Part shown: in pieces, positions 1-12,392 of the stretch
Layout of the letters: every line of letters starts with the position of its first letter
Numbering within the stretch: the stretch's first letter is position 1
Origin: Octopus sinensis
Lineage: Eukaryota
Reading direction: 5' to 3'
DNA length: 64,000 nucleotides
Assembly: GCF_006345805.1 (NCBI RefSeq)
Contig: NC_043007.1
Location: 62,868,001 to 62,932,000, forward strand
Translations under genes and position numbers: made by a program
Notes under the pieces: generated by a model
Database searches by the model: none
Told to the model about the DNA's origin: nothing
Seen by the model: the letters and a program-made list of their open reading frames with translations, nothing else

Positions 1-1215
1 CTAGAATGCCCCAGAGGTTTCCTGGAGGGAGTAGATAGGTTTTGTTACCAAAGGGGATGTTACAAAGAGAAATGTACTGGAAATATTGTTGCTAGAATAT
101 GAACTTGTTGAAGAAGGTTCATGGTAAAAAAAGGCCTATCTCTGAGAGTGAAAGGCAGATTGTACAATGCTTCTTCATGAACATGGTTCATACATAAACA
201 TTACTACATGTTTGTAAAATTTGGGCTGCAAGTGCAGAGGATATACAGAGACTAGAAAGAAATGAAGTTTGGGTGCTCCAATGGATGTGCAACATTAGTG
301 TGCTTGAACAAATGTGTTGAGAGAAAAATCAGGCATGAGACATCAGATGTGTGCAAGAGAGAAGACCACTGGTATACTGCAATATGATGCAGATGGATGA
401 GGATAACTGTATAAAAAAAGTAGCCAATTGCTAAAAATGGACTGAGTCTGTGGGAAAGGGACACCCAAGAAGATGTGGGATGAAGTAGTGAAGACCGACA
501 TCAAAATGTTGAGCCTCTGGAGGACATGACAAAGTACCAAGATGAATAGTGATATGCTGTGCTTGAGAAGACCTGTCCATCTCAGCAAAGATAAGGTCCT
601 ATCAAGCCTTTCCCACAAGCTCATTTTCTAACACCCATTTCTCCATAAATCCTCTAACTGCAGTGCTAACAGGTGCCGTACATAATACTGCTTACCCTCC
701 CCCACTACACATTACATTGTATCTCTGTTACTGTCCTTTATTACTCCTGCCTGACCCACTCTTATATCCAACACCTCTCCTCCCCCAAACTGATATTCAT
801 TGTGTTCATGTCAACCCCTTAATCTCTAATCCCCTGTCACACACTTTGCACTATCTAGTGCACTTACCTGCCCACCTACCTTTTCTGTTCCTCTATCCCT
901 ATTTTCTCTTTCATATTTACCTCGCACCTTCAAAGTATGCCTTTGCCTTTTCTCTCTTTCCAGCTGGAGAAGACACCTGTTCCTGTCCCTCTTTCATACT
1001 TTCACAGCCTTCATTACTATGCCCCGCTCAGTTGAAGGGGTCTTGTCTTGCAAATATTTGGTGACTTCACTAGTGTTGGTACCACGACAAAAAGCACCCA
1101 GTACACTGAAAAGTAGTTGGCATTAGAAGGGGTACCAAGCTGTAGGAATCATACCAAAGTAGCCGTTCAGGTCATCGGTTCTTATTGAACCATCCAGCCC
1201 ATGGACGTTATATGA
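1..1215 (+). mobile_element. Decayed 3' part of an RTE-type LINE (ORF2 C-terminus, pyrimidine-rich 3' UTR, family tail)
   Basis: ~139-172 reads LSLRVKGRLYNA, as in better-preserved copies at 44.27 and 61.7 kb. A C/T-rich tract (~600-960) is followed by the recurrent tail (aaaagcacccagtacac...catccagcccatgg...atgatgatgag). Confidence 0.75.
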
Positions 1216-2153
1216 TGATGAGTGCAATAGTCTTCCAAACAGAGATAGTGTTTCTAGATAAAAGTTTCCCAAAACAGTTTTCTTTAAATAGAGAGAACTC
1301 CAAAGTGACAATACTCTCAGTTCCTGTACTAAGGGATATATTCCCATTATGAAATTGTTTTCCCACACCTCTAAGCTAATTTTGATCCAATATTCTAAGA
1401 TAATTGATGAGATAAATTCTCCACAATTACAATCAACACTTTATAAAGTTTCATGAACACTGATTGACTTAACATTTCAAATAAATTGGTGGAATGACTA
1501 CAATCACACTTCATAATGCACGTGCTTATACATCAAGCAGTTTAATGAAATCTCAAGGTAATATATGTATATCAGATGTAGATTAAATACGAAACTCCAT
1601 GAATTCATATTATGTATATTAAATAATATATATATATTAAACACGAAACTTCATCAATTCATGTTGGTCTTCAGTTGTCGCATTTCTTCAAGTACTGGAT
1701 GAAAAAGTTAGGATTGAACTATCGTATCTCTATTTCTAATTCAGTGTTCCAATATTTTTATATGCACTATACTAAAGATTTTTTAAAAGAAAACCCAACA
1801 AAACTGAGGTTTATAGTCCAAATAAAAGTACACTACATTAGTAATACAGGTATTTTACTCATCTCAAAAACAGGCATAGGAATTAAGATATTTTGAGAAG
1901 TATGTTTCTGCAGACAATAGTATAGTACCCCCAGAACCCAAATTATAGCTAGTTACATAGATGAAATTGATTTTTTCTTTTGTTACCAAAGGAATTTCAG
2001 TGAATTTTCATATACATTGGAAAACAATTCCGATCTCATACAAACAGATGGTTTCATGCAAACATGGACAGTAAAGGAAGCATAATTACAGCTGGTTGAT
2101 ATAACAACAATGTAGCAGGCGTTATATAACAATTTCTTTTTCGTGAAACTTAC

Positions 2154-2225
2154 TTTCATAGGATCAGCTAAATATATTCGTTCCACTGCTTTGGCAAATT
2201 CGTCCCAATTAGATATATACGTCAT
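2154..2225 (-). CDS. SRP9: SRP9 (signal recognition particle 9 kDa) coding exon 1; remaining exons not found in the window
   Basis: 72 nt encode MTYISNWDEFAKAVERIYLADPMK, matching the SRP9 N-terminus (human [24 protein letters not shown]). A GTAAGT donor follows directly after K24 (minus strand 2153-2148), the intron position I recall for vertebrate SRP9. Confidence 0.93.
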
Positions 2226-2854
2226 ATTAATTAAGCTTTATTTTCTTTCTTTTACTCCAATTTCGATAAAACACGTTTACTATCACAGTTGGCAAGGCAT
2301 AACGCAGTAAATTGCTAAACTCTTTTATGATTGGTCATAATTATATGCACAACAATTAAATTGATTTATGCATAGTTAAAGACAAAAATTCGTTAAAAAA
2401 AATTTTATTAAATAAAATGATTAATAATTTACATTCCTTTAATTTTATCTTTTATTTTTCTACTATTTTTTTCAATGTCGTTGGTGTTGCTGGTGGTAAG
2501 CAGTGAGTGAGTCATTTAGGTAATTACATCAAATAGAATATTGCTGTCAACATGGCGCCAGTGCTGCGGAAAGCTAGATAAAGGACTGCACATCTCGGAG
2601 TGTAGTGGTGAAGGAAGGTTTTCTATTAATACATTCGAATGGTGATATTTGCCGAAGGGTATTTAAATAGTAAATATTTTCGAATTTTGTGGAAAGGAAA
2701 AATCCTCATCGATAAAGACAGCAGCATTGAGGAAATATTTTTGCTATATAAAAGATTCCCAAAAGAAAGAAAGAAAAAAAATTACATATTTAACTGAGAG
2801 AGAAATCTTGTTTAATACAATATACACGTTTCTATTATCTCTCTCTCCTCTGTT

Positions 2855-2899
<45 letters not shown>

Positions 2900-3005
2900 C
2901 AGATACACACACACACTCACACATATACATACACATATTTGTCAGTCAAAATATACGTCTAATATACATGAGATAATTATTTCCTCGCTGTTTATGTTTG
3001 TCTAG
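2226..3005. promoter_or_regulatory. Putative bidirectional promoter / 5' UTR region between SRP9 and Ena
   Basis: The divergent ATGs (2225 and 3042) are ~0.8 kb apart. Motifs: CCAAT on the minus strand (ATTGG 2330-2334), AP-1-type TGAGTCA 2508-2514, YY1-like AACATGGCG 2549-2557, and a candidate UTR donor GTG|GTAAGC at 2495/2496. The motifs are short and the TSSs are unmapped. Confidence 0.55.
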
Positions 3006-3046
3006 TGGAAAATATATAGACACTTCACAGATCCCACAAGCATGTG
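3006..3046 (+). CDS. ena: Predicted Ena/VASP start-codon exon (coding part 3042-3046, ATG TG|, phase 2)
   Basis: CTAAT branch-like motif at 2959-2963, pyrimidine tract with AG at 3004-3005, then aagc ATG TG|GTAAGT. These 5 coding nt plus the 166-nt EVH1 exon give exactly 57 codons, colinear without gaps with human ENAH residues 1-57. Confidence 0.65.
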
Positions 3047-3119
3047 GTAAGTTATTTACAATTTAACTCGCACTATCAAACGTTTTAAAATGAAATGTCT
3101 GAATATCTGTGTTAGTGTG

Positions 3120-3175
<56 letters not shown>

Positions 3176-4814
3176 GCACACACACACGTTAAATGAGTGA
3201 CTGGACTTGATCAAATGTATTGTTTTGAACCCTCTCGCCTGAGAAATGACTAATAAGAATGGGGTTTGTTTGTTTTTTTTTTCCAGTCTTTTCTGGACTA
3301 CTATGTGTACAAAGAAAGATTCATAAACCGCATGATTAAACCTTATAATCATGCCGTCAGTTATTATCTTTACATATGCATGTACATACACCGAAGTATG
3401 TGGCTATATTGATATCATATGTGTGTGTGTATATATACATATATATATATTTATATATATACACATATATACACACGCATTGACGTCCGTACACATATGC
3501 TGGCTGTGTTAAAATGTTGCATAACCCTAGTCTTATATGAATATCACAAATCTTGAGTGCGTATATATATATATATATATGTACACCCATCGCTAGTGAA
3601 CGTTGTCTTGAAACACGAAATGATAAATACCACCCGCCTTTTTAACTATCATGCTTCATGTCTATTTTCTTTACCCTCCCCTATTGAATGAATGACTATC
3701 AGATATACCTGCGTGTACGTATATATATGTGTGTATGCACACACACGCAGTTTAGTATTTCCGCTATCCAACCCTTCTCATCCCTTTTTCTCACCTTTAT
3801 AATTTCAGAAATCTATTATATCATTCTACCTCCGGCGCAGTATTTACTTTAGAACTGGCGTTAATTAACATCATGATCATTTTTTTTCCTTTCTTAAATA
3901 TTTTTTTTTTCTCTTTGGTAGGCTTTCTATGTTTTACTACTTCTACTGCTAATAAAAAGAAAAATATTGTCGTCATTTAATTGAAGAATTTAGAAACCTT
4001 ACCTTCCCAAAGACATAATACACATTAGTATAGAAATACGTATATGAATATATAATAAATAGAGCTTTTGTCTCTCCCCAATTGAACAGATCTCCTCCCC
4101 AACACCATTTGATATCAATGCAATTTCATTCTGTCAGCCGCCGAGTCCGTGACCCGGTGTTTTGGTTTTTGGTATTGCTTTCATTTCAGTTGGACAATAA
4201 TTTCCACTGAGAAAGGCATGACCACCTCAACAACTCTATTCTTATATATGTGTTTGCGTGTGTGTATATATAGTCAAATATATATGTATGTATATGACTG
4301 TGCGTGTATGTATTTATGAATCGATTTCTTTTAAGAGTTGGGTTTTAAGTGATCTTTACCTTCCTAATCTCCTTTTTGATTTTCTGTTTTCTTCAGTATT
4401 TTTTTCCCCTTCTTCTCTCCCAATATTTCTGCTCACCTTTAGACAGTTCACTGATATATCTATATTATGATTCTTTAAGGAGTCATTACGAACCCTTAAG
4501 GAAGAAGAATTGTTTTTTCTTTCCTTGTTAGTGACCCCCTTCTAGATTAACAGATGTATTTCGACATACATTGAAATGTGTATATTCAGACATACTGTGC
4601 TGTTATAGTTCAGACATTGTTATAAGCAAGTCAAGCTTAACTCTCTATATACTAGTTTTGTGCAGTCAGTTTGTCTCTGGATTTTATATAGTTGGTTAGG
4701 TTTAGCTTTTTTACATACACTCACTGCTAAATAATCCGCCAGAGCTTTGTATACATTTTGTTTTTCATTTTTAGTTAAATAATATTCATTAAATAATTAT
4801 CCAGATACTTTATA

Positions 4815-4868
<54 letters not shown>

Positions 4869-5629
4869 GTGTGTTTACACACGACAACATTGTTCTTGGT
4901 ATAGACAGTTATCTATCTAGACGTTTTTCTGTGTAATAGTTAAATAGATTAGTTTGTATGCACTCAACTGTTCTCGACTAAATTGATCTTGACATTTATG
5001 CTATCTACTCATTGCCATGCCTTTATTTTTCTGTACTTTTTCTATATGCGCAACCGATTATATATAGTAAATATAATATTTACCACTTTTCCTTTACATG
5101 CACATACACACACACATATGTGTGTGTGTGTGGCATATATACATGTGTGTGCGCTTGATTCTTGTATTACAACACATAGTTATATATTTGTGTATACATG
5201 CATATGTATAGACGCATACAATGTGTCTGTAGTACACAAGTGTATAAATTACTGTATATCAATACACATTGACAACTGTATGTGTACACATAGCTATAAA
5301 GACAAGTACACATGCTCAGGTGTATACTGACACATTTTATTTTAATTTAAAAAAAAAAATGTGCTAAAAGAAAATTTCAGTCGTAGGAAATCGTATTCCA
5401 AGTGTTCTTCCACTGTTATTGGATATTTCTGCTTGTTCACCCAAATTCGTGCTACTCAGAATATTTTTTAGCATTTTCCCACCCCCAAGTACGCTGTTTC
5501 AAGACACCCCCTCTCCTCCTCACCCGATTCTTATGATTTTAATTGTCAAACGATATTATTGAATATTCGAGTGTCGGATACATTTTAGGATTTAAAGTTC
5601 ACACACACATATCTATGTACACATACATA

Positions 5630-5664
<35 letters not shown>

Positions 5665-6426
5665 AAAATGTCTGTGAAAAGCTCCATATGTAATGCAGTC
5701 TTTTATTTCTCCGCCCCCGCTCTGATTACTTCAGCAACCCAACGAATGCAAGACATGATCAGTGTATGAATGTCTATGTGCATACACTTACATCTAAGTG
5801 TGTTTTTCATGGTTTCTTGTTAACTTTATGCGTATACTCAACATGCATTTCCTCTCACGTTTGGGTGAGTTGCAATGTGTGTAGGGTGGAGGTGATGACT
5901 TCTCGTTTGTTGTTGCTTTCTCCAGTAGAAACCGATGAAAAATTAATCCTCTACCTACCTACTACTAGTTCAACTTATTAGTGAACATTAAAATATTTTG
6001 TTCTCAACTACCCGTACCCTTGCAAAACATATTGTGTTGGATTGATTCGCCGAGGAACAAGACGATTGTCGGGAGATAATGACTATTTTTTACAACTACA
6101 CAATACCTCTGTTAGTTTATGTACCTACACAATCATTTTCATAGAAGCAGATAGCTTGCTGCTATTGATACTCTTCGCCATCCTTCAACGTTTTTTTTTT
6201 TTTTACTAAAGAATCGTACTTTAAAAAGTCTTTTTTATAAACTACACACATTAAACAGATGTTCGCAGTGATCATACGCAAGCTGTGTGTATATTTAATA
6301 TATTTTATGTCAATATCACGCGTTACTCTTAATTTCAGTATTTAGACATACGAATCCCACCTCTTCCGAAAAATGTCATCATCATCGTCATATCCGTAAC
6401 ATCCAACATAACCTTACTGTGCATGG

Positions 6427-6507
6427 TTCCTTCCCAGCTCTACCCTCCCGCCCATGTTCTCGTTCCTTCCCAGCTCTACCCTCCCGCCCATGTTCTCGTT
6501 CCTTCCC
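6427..6507. repeat. Perfect 36-bp tandem duplication (2.25 copies)
   Basis: ttccttcccagctctaccctcccgcccatgttctcg at 6427-6462 and 6463-6498, then ttccttccc. Confidence 0.9.
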
Positions 6508-7329
6508 TTAGCTACTTCTAGTCAGGTCTTGCAGTTTTACCTGAATTTATAAATTCCTTAGAATTTACAACACTCCCTGTCTCTCTTCACAAAATGTTGC
6601 GTGTCGATACCCAAGTACGTGATGCGCAAACCCGACTGTTTTCTTTAAAGCTATCTACATTTGTCTTTTTCTTTTTGTCTTTGTCTATTTAAATTCTTGA
6701 AACTTCAATTGAGGAAAGACTCACTCGATTTCCATTAATTATTTCTCCTTTCATTTTGCCCCCCCCCCCTTTTTTTTCATATTTTACAAAAAAAAAAATT
6801 CTCTTACGTTATAAATTTGATAAAAGCTTGAACACCTCAACTTCCCAGTTCCCCTTCAAAAAATGTTATGCTTTATGTCAAGGAAAAAATGTTGGAAATC
6901 TTGATTAAGCTGCTACTACACTGTAAATTCCTTTCTGTTGACGCATTCGTTCCTTGTGAAATTCTTTCAGGAAATATCTCTGCCGATTGCTTTAAAGATG
7001 TCTAATTTCCCTTGGATGATGCTATGACAAGTGTGCCACATATTGTTAATCATTATTTCCGCAGGGTGGTGTCGGCAAAATCAGTTACCAGTAATACAAT
7101 TGAGTTGATGTAGTCACTCAAAATATACTCCTTCCCCTAAAATAATTAACTTTATTCTCTACTGGAAACAAGCTATGTTTTTACTTAACAAATTCTATTC
7201 TTCGCCGTTGCCCTTTCATTTAAGACGTTGATATTCCTTCTAAAGGAAAGGCATGAATGTCATGTATTCTCATTATTTCTCTCTACAAATTTTGAAGCCT
7301 CGTGCTTATATTCGAAAATCATAATCACT

Positions 7330-7650
7330 ATGGCGAGCGCCATAGAATGGAAGTAGGATCATGGCTAGTCAAATCTACTATTCTGTTTCGATTCCTGACT
7401 AGATTTATTTCTCTTGAATAACAATGTCTCAATTTTCCGGTGTTTTTTTAAAATTTTTTGTTATTCTCAAACTTCATGGCTATAAGAAACATTTTTGACA
7501 GGGTTATCACTTATTATTAAAGATTGCTCAATTTTCTGTGAAATGAAATTCCACTGGGGTCGATAAAGTACCAGTAATGTATTGTGACCGACAGACCGAC
7601 TTAACCTTGTCTGTGTAATCATATATATCGTTGAAATAGTTGCTAATGTA
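7330..7650 (+). mobile_element. Highly decayed tRNA-derived SINE (family B)
   Basis: B-box-like gtttcgattcc near 7385 and the family-B core ggggtcgataaagtaccag near 7556-7575. Confidence 0.4.
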
Positions 7651-8218
7651 GCAGATGACTAGCGAACGTCTTCTTGGGGGGAAAGGAGATAGATGGAAGT
7701 GTATGTGGATTTGTCTTTTTCTCTTTCTAATCTGTTGTGCTTGGAGGTTATGTCACTACTGCTGGGCATTGTCTAGAGTTCAGCTTAGATAATAAATGGT
7801 CACCAGCCTCTTACATCGCGACTGTTACTGAAACTGTGTGACCATGTGGAGAAGAAAGAATGGGTGGTATTAAGAGAAGCGGGAGGGTTATATTAAGCTA
7901 TAAACACAGACAGGAACAAAATCATGCAAAAGACATAAAAGCCTGCCAGGAATATTTTGTATAATTTTTTTGTTACTATTTTAGTTACGTGTGTGTGTAG
8001 GATTTTTATATTAAATTTCACGTGTCAGTTTAGTTTCTATCAGTTCCTCTTTCCTCTACAGTGAAAAAAAGACTAGAAATAGTAGCATATAGTGTGTCAT
8101 GCATAATGAGTCAGTCAGGTTTTATGTGAAGTTTGACAAATGATATTAGATTTTTGATTTTTCCTTTTATTTATTTTTTAAGTATCATGTACTTAAGATG
8201 TCATCTACTGTTGAAATT

Positions 8219-8220
<2 letters not shown>

Positions 8221-8266
<46 letters not shown>
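8221..8266. repeat. (ATT)n microsatellite
   Basis: About 15 uninterrupted ATT units. Confidence 0.95.
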
Positions 8267-8270
<4 letters not shown>

Positions 8271-8696
8271 TGATATAATAATGGGGCTAATGATTTCATC
8301 TAGCACCAGACCTTTTAATTCAGACAAGAAATGAAGTTCATATCTTTGGCAACATAATTGAAGTGAAAATGATTATGTACTGGGAGTGTGATTTATTATA
8401 GAAGGTAGTTAAAAGCCTGGGAAAGGCACATAACTGTGCTTCCTCCAGTCTACTTAACTGACAAACAAATATATGCACTTTGGTTATAGGATGGTACTTC
8501 TAAAATGTGTCCAAGATTCAAATGTCCAAATTGGCATAAAATTCTGAGATGTGAACATGAGCTGTTACACACTTAGATCAGTCTGAAGTGTGTTTTTAAA
8601 TCCTTTTATATTTTACCATTGATTTAGATGTCACGTTTTTGAAGTCTGAAACAAAATTCATGTCTTACTAGTAAATAATATATGATCAAACTTATC

Positions 8697-9100
8697 ACAG
8701 GCATGGCTATGTAACTAAGAAATTTGGTTGTCAACCCTGTGGGTTTGGATTATGTTTCACTGCGTGGCACCTTGGGCAAGTGTCTTCTGCTACATGTCAC
8801 AGGCCAACTAATGCATTGAAACTGATCAATAGAAATTGTATGGAAGCTTGTTGTGTGTGTATATGTATGTGTGTGCATATATATATACATATATATTTAT
8901 ATATTTATTGGGCATGACTACAGCTTGGTAGCTATTGTTGGTTTGTTTATGCCCCAGTAACCTAAGGGTTTGGTAAAAAAATGACTGATAGAATAAGCAC
9001 CAGATTTAAAATAAATACTTGAATAAATTTTTCAACTAAACCTTCCAAGGCAGGACCCCAAGCATGGCTGCATTCCAGTGATTGACACAAGTAAAAAGGA
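8697..9100 (+). mobile_element. tRNA-derived SINE family A (CORE-like body, internal TA/TG microsatellite, 3' tail)
   Basis: Head gcatggct..., body cactgcgtggcaccttgggcaagtgtcttct, microsatellite 8850-8908, tail ...gatagaataagcacc...gcatggctgcattccagtgattgacacaagtaaaa. The reverse complement of this architecture occurs at 26.8 and 52.3 kb. Confidence 0.75.
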
Positions 9101-11127
9101 AGAAAATAGTATTAAAAAATTCATTAAAAAGACATCACAATTTAGTTTCTTCATTGTCTATAACTATATTGTAAAATGGATGTGTGTGTATGTACACTTT
9201 ATCATCAACCCTTTATTTTTAACATGCAATCATGGTTCAAAAGCTGAATGTGTTTGTATCTTTGGTTTGGTCATTTAACCTTGCCTTAAGTTACATTGCT
9301 TTTAGAATATGTAAATATTTAAAATCCAAGGATTTTTTGAGGGCCAGTGCTTAGTTTCATTTTCAAGGCATGAAATGAGTAAAAGATTATCCACTTGGAT
9401 AATGTGCTAGTTTGTTTATTAATGCAGAATAAAATGTTTTTCTAGAAGCATAACCAGAATCTCCAGTTTGTATTTGGGTTTGAACACACAACCCACAGGT
9501 ACTAAAGGCATTTCACTGCTGCTGTTCAGAATAGTATGAAGCTTTTCTAGGAAACTTAGATGCAGGAAGTTAACCAGTGTAAGAAAAGATTTTTCTTTCT
9601 CATCTGCTTAATGTTACAGAAAGCCAAAATTAAACACTCTTTGTGTAAATCTTTGTTATTCACGACTAGTTTACTTTTACAATATCACCTGTACACAAGT
9701 CTGTGTATTCACACACATACACTGAATAAACATAACTATTTCTTTGTGAATTGTTTGCTATCTGTTGCAGAATATTACTGTACATACCATATGACAAATG
9801 TTGTTTAGTATAGGTATTTGTAATTTCAAGATATGGCAATACACCCATCCCTATATATATATATATTTGGATGATGGGAATGACAAGATAAATCTGGGAA
9901 GCTCTTGTGTAACTGAAGAGGCTAATGTGGGGTGTGGTCTTATTGCACTTGTGGATGTAAATATATCTTAAGTGCTAGTTATTTAAAATAAAAGGTTGAC
10001 TTAGTCAAGCTTGTTGCCATACTACAAGGAATTGTGTCATCTAACAGTAATGAACAAACTCTGCAAACACAATTACACTCCCAGGCATTTGATTATACCA
10101 TAATATAGCAAACATTGTAGTGGGGAAAACACTATATAAAGGAAACATATTAAACTAGGGAAGACTGTGTGCAAAATATGTGAAGGCAAACAAGGATTAC
10201 ACCTGAAAAGGAGAGTCAGGCCATATAATATGAATCTCTTCTTTGAGTGGACATTCTTGATATGCAAACACACACACATATGAATGTATATATACTCAGC
10301 GTTAGGGAGACAACCACATATACATTCATTCATTACGTGCGTGTGCATCTATACTATAATAAAGTATCAATTACACACACACATATTTCACAGCTGTACT
10401 TACTTGATTCTGTGGTTTCCATAGTGTTGTTCATATATTTTTCAGAATAAGTTTTGTGAAGCTTCATATATGATACATGGACTGGAACAGTACATGCTTT
10501 GAGCACACTGGAAATAAATTCTCTCAAATATCTGATTACTTCATTTCAAGTAGTTGATAGCTTTTGTTACTTAGGAGATTGAGAAGATTAATTTGTAATG
10601 AAGGTGGTTGCTCTGAAAGTATAGCACCCTGGGTAAGAATGGTTTAGAGAAGGTTCAGTAAACTACTATTACTGCTGGCAACAAAGGCCTCTTCCAGAGT
10701 GAAGAGCAGATTGTGTGGTGCTTGTGTTATAACTGCAATGTAGTATGGTAGTTAGATGTGAGCCTTGAATGAAAAGAAATGAAGTGAGCATATTACCTCA
10801 GATGTACAATATGTGTACATGAACAACATACAAATGTACTGAGAGAAAAATTGGGTGTAAGAGGAATCAGATGTAGTATGCAAAAAAGATATCAGTAATT
10901 GTGTATACATATGATGCATGAGAATGAGGACAGCTGGATAAAGAAGTGCCATTTACTTAAAATGGATGGAGCTTGCAGCAGAGGGAGGTTCAGGAAGACT
11001 GAGAACAAAGTGGTGAAGGTTGATCTCAGGACCTTGAACTTCACAGATATAAGAGATTTGGATATTTGGCAATATACAGTTGTCAAGGAGACCCGCCCAA
11101 ATTGGCAAAAACTAACTTTTAGAAGTA

Positions 11128-12392
11128 CAGGGGTTGGACAAAATAATGGAAACACCTAGCATCATAGCATCATAATTTTGAAATATCTATAAAACCATCA
11201 AAAGCTTGTTCATTTTTATGTTTTTAGATTTATTATTAGTGTTGCTTAATATGTTTTGCTAAAATTGCTGTTTCTTTTCAGATATCATCAGAAAAGGTAA
11301 TTAAAATTCATTAAATGACAGATCTATCGGACTTTCAAAGAGGTCAAATTGTTGGTGCTCTTATGGCAGATGCTAGCGTAACAAAAACAGCCGAAATGTT
11401 TGGTGTATCAAGAAGTACTGTCTCAAAAGTAATGACAGCCTTTGAGAAACTGGGAAAAACCTCCTCATCGAAACAAAACTCCGGAAGGAAACCAAAACTT
11501 TCAGATAGGGACCGTTGGAAGCTTACGTGAATTGTTGGAAAGGATCACAAAAGTACAGCTTCCAAAATTACTGCAGAGCTTAATGACTACCTCAAGAACT
11601 CAATTTCCACAAAAGCTGTTCACCAGGAGTTGCACAAAGCCGGATTTCATGGGAGGGCTGCAATCAGAAAACCACTACTTTCAAAAACAAACGTTGCAAA
11701 CCGTTTAGAGTGGAGGAAAACCCTACAGAATTGGTCCCCAGATCAGTGGAAGAATGTAATTTTATCGAACAAGTCATCCTTTACCTTATTTCCAACCACC
11801 AGCCAAGTATATGTGTGGAGACATCCAAAAGAAGCATTTGACCCACGCTGCCTTCTTCGAACTGTTAAACATGGAGGAGGATCTGTGATAATCTGAGGGG
11901 CTATATCTTGGAAATCTGCTGGCCCAATGGTTTCCCTTCATGGTAAAATTAATAGTCAAGACTATTTAAGCATTTTATCTGATGAAATTCATCCTATGTT
12001 TGTGGAACTGTTTCCAGAGGGAAACGCAATCTTTCAGGATGATAATGCACCAATTCAGACAGCTAAAGTTGTTACTGAATGGCACAAGGAACACTCTAAT
12101 GAAGTTGAAGATCTTATTTGGCCACACCACAGTCCCCAGATCTCAATATTATTGAACATTTATGTAGAAAAACAGGTAAGGAGTCGATATCCTCCACCAT
12201 CATCACTACAAGAACTGGAGACTGTTTTAGCTGATGAATGGACAAAAATTCCTTTGGAAACAATTCAAACTTTGTACAAGTCCATACCTCTTAGAATTCA
12301 AATTGTAATTACTGCCAAAGGTGGTCCTACTTCATATTAAAATAAATTTGTTTGAAAATTTAAGGTGTTTCCATTATTTTGCCCAACCCTTG
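11128..12392 (+). mobile_element. Full-length Tc1-family DNA transposon (1265 bp)
   Basis: 30-bp TIRs: caggggttggacaaaataatggaaacacct (11128-11157) and aggtgtttccattattttgcccaacccttg (12363-12392), 2 mismatches. TA target duplication at 11126-11127 and 12393-12394. Confidence 0.95.
11315..12340 (+). pseudogene. Inactivated Tc1 (DD34E-type) transposase
   Basis: Pieces read MTDLSDFQRGQIVG..GRKPKLS, RAAIRKPLLS, TVKHGGGSV, FQDDNAPI, ..GGPTSY*. There are stops (11528-11530, 11894-11896) and frameshifts. The first catalytic motif (S)DE reads SNK, and the third acidic region is disrupted. Confidence 0.9.

Noticed and set aside
1-2153. SRP9 exons 2-3
   Set aside because: No KYRH/TDD-type coding segment with splice sites was found on the minus strand. 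The TDD near 1170 lies in a LINE tail. The exons are probably left of the window.
6427-6507. CRISPR-like 36-bp repeats
   Set aside because: The units are directly adjacent with no spacers, in a eukaryotic intron; a simple tandem duplication.
7065-7094. GGVGK P-loop-like peptide after an AG
   Set aside because: A stop follows after 9 codons, there is no donor and no other GTPase motifs; treated as chance.
9913-9919. Isolated CUGAAGA (similar hits at 36506, 34113, 40885 and minus-strand 35714)
   Set aside because: No properly placed stem II, GAAA, stem III and NUH combination.
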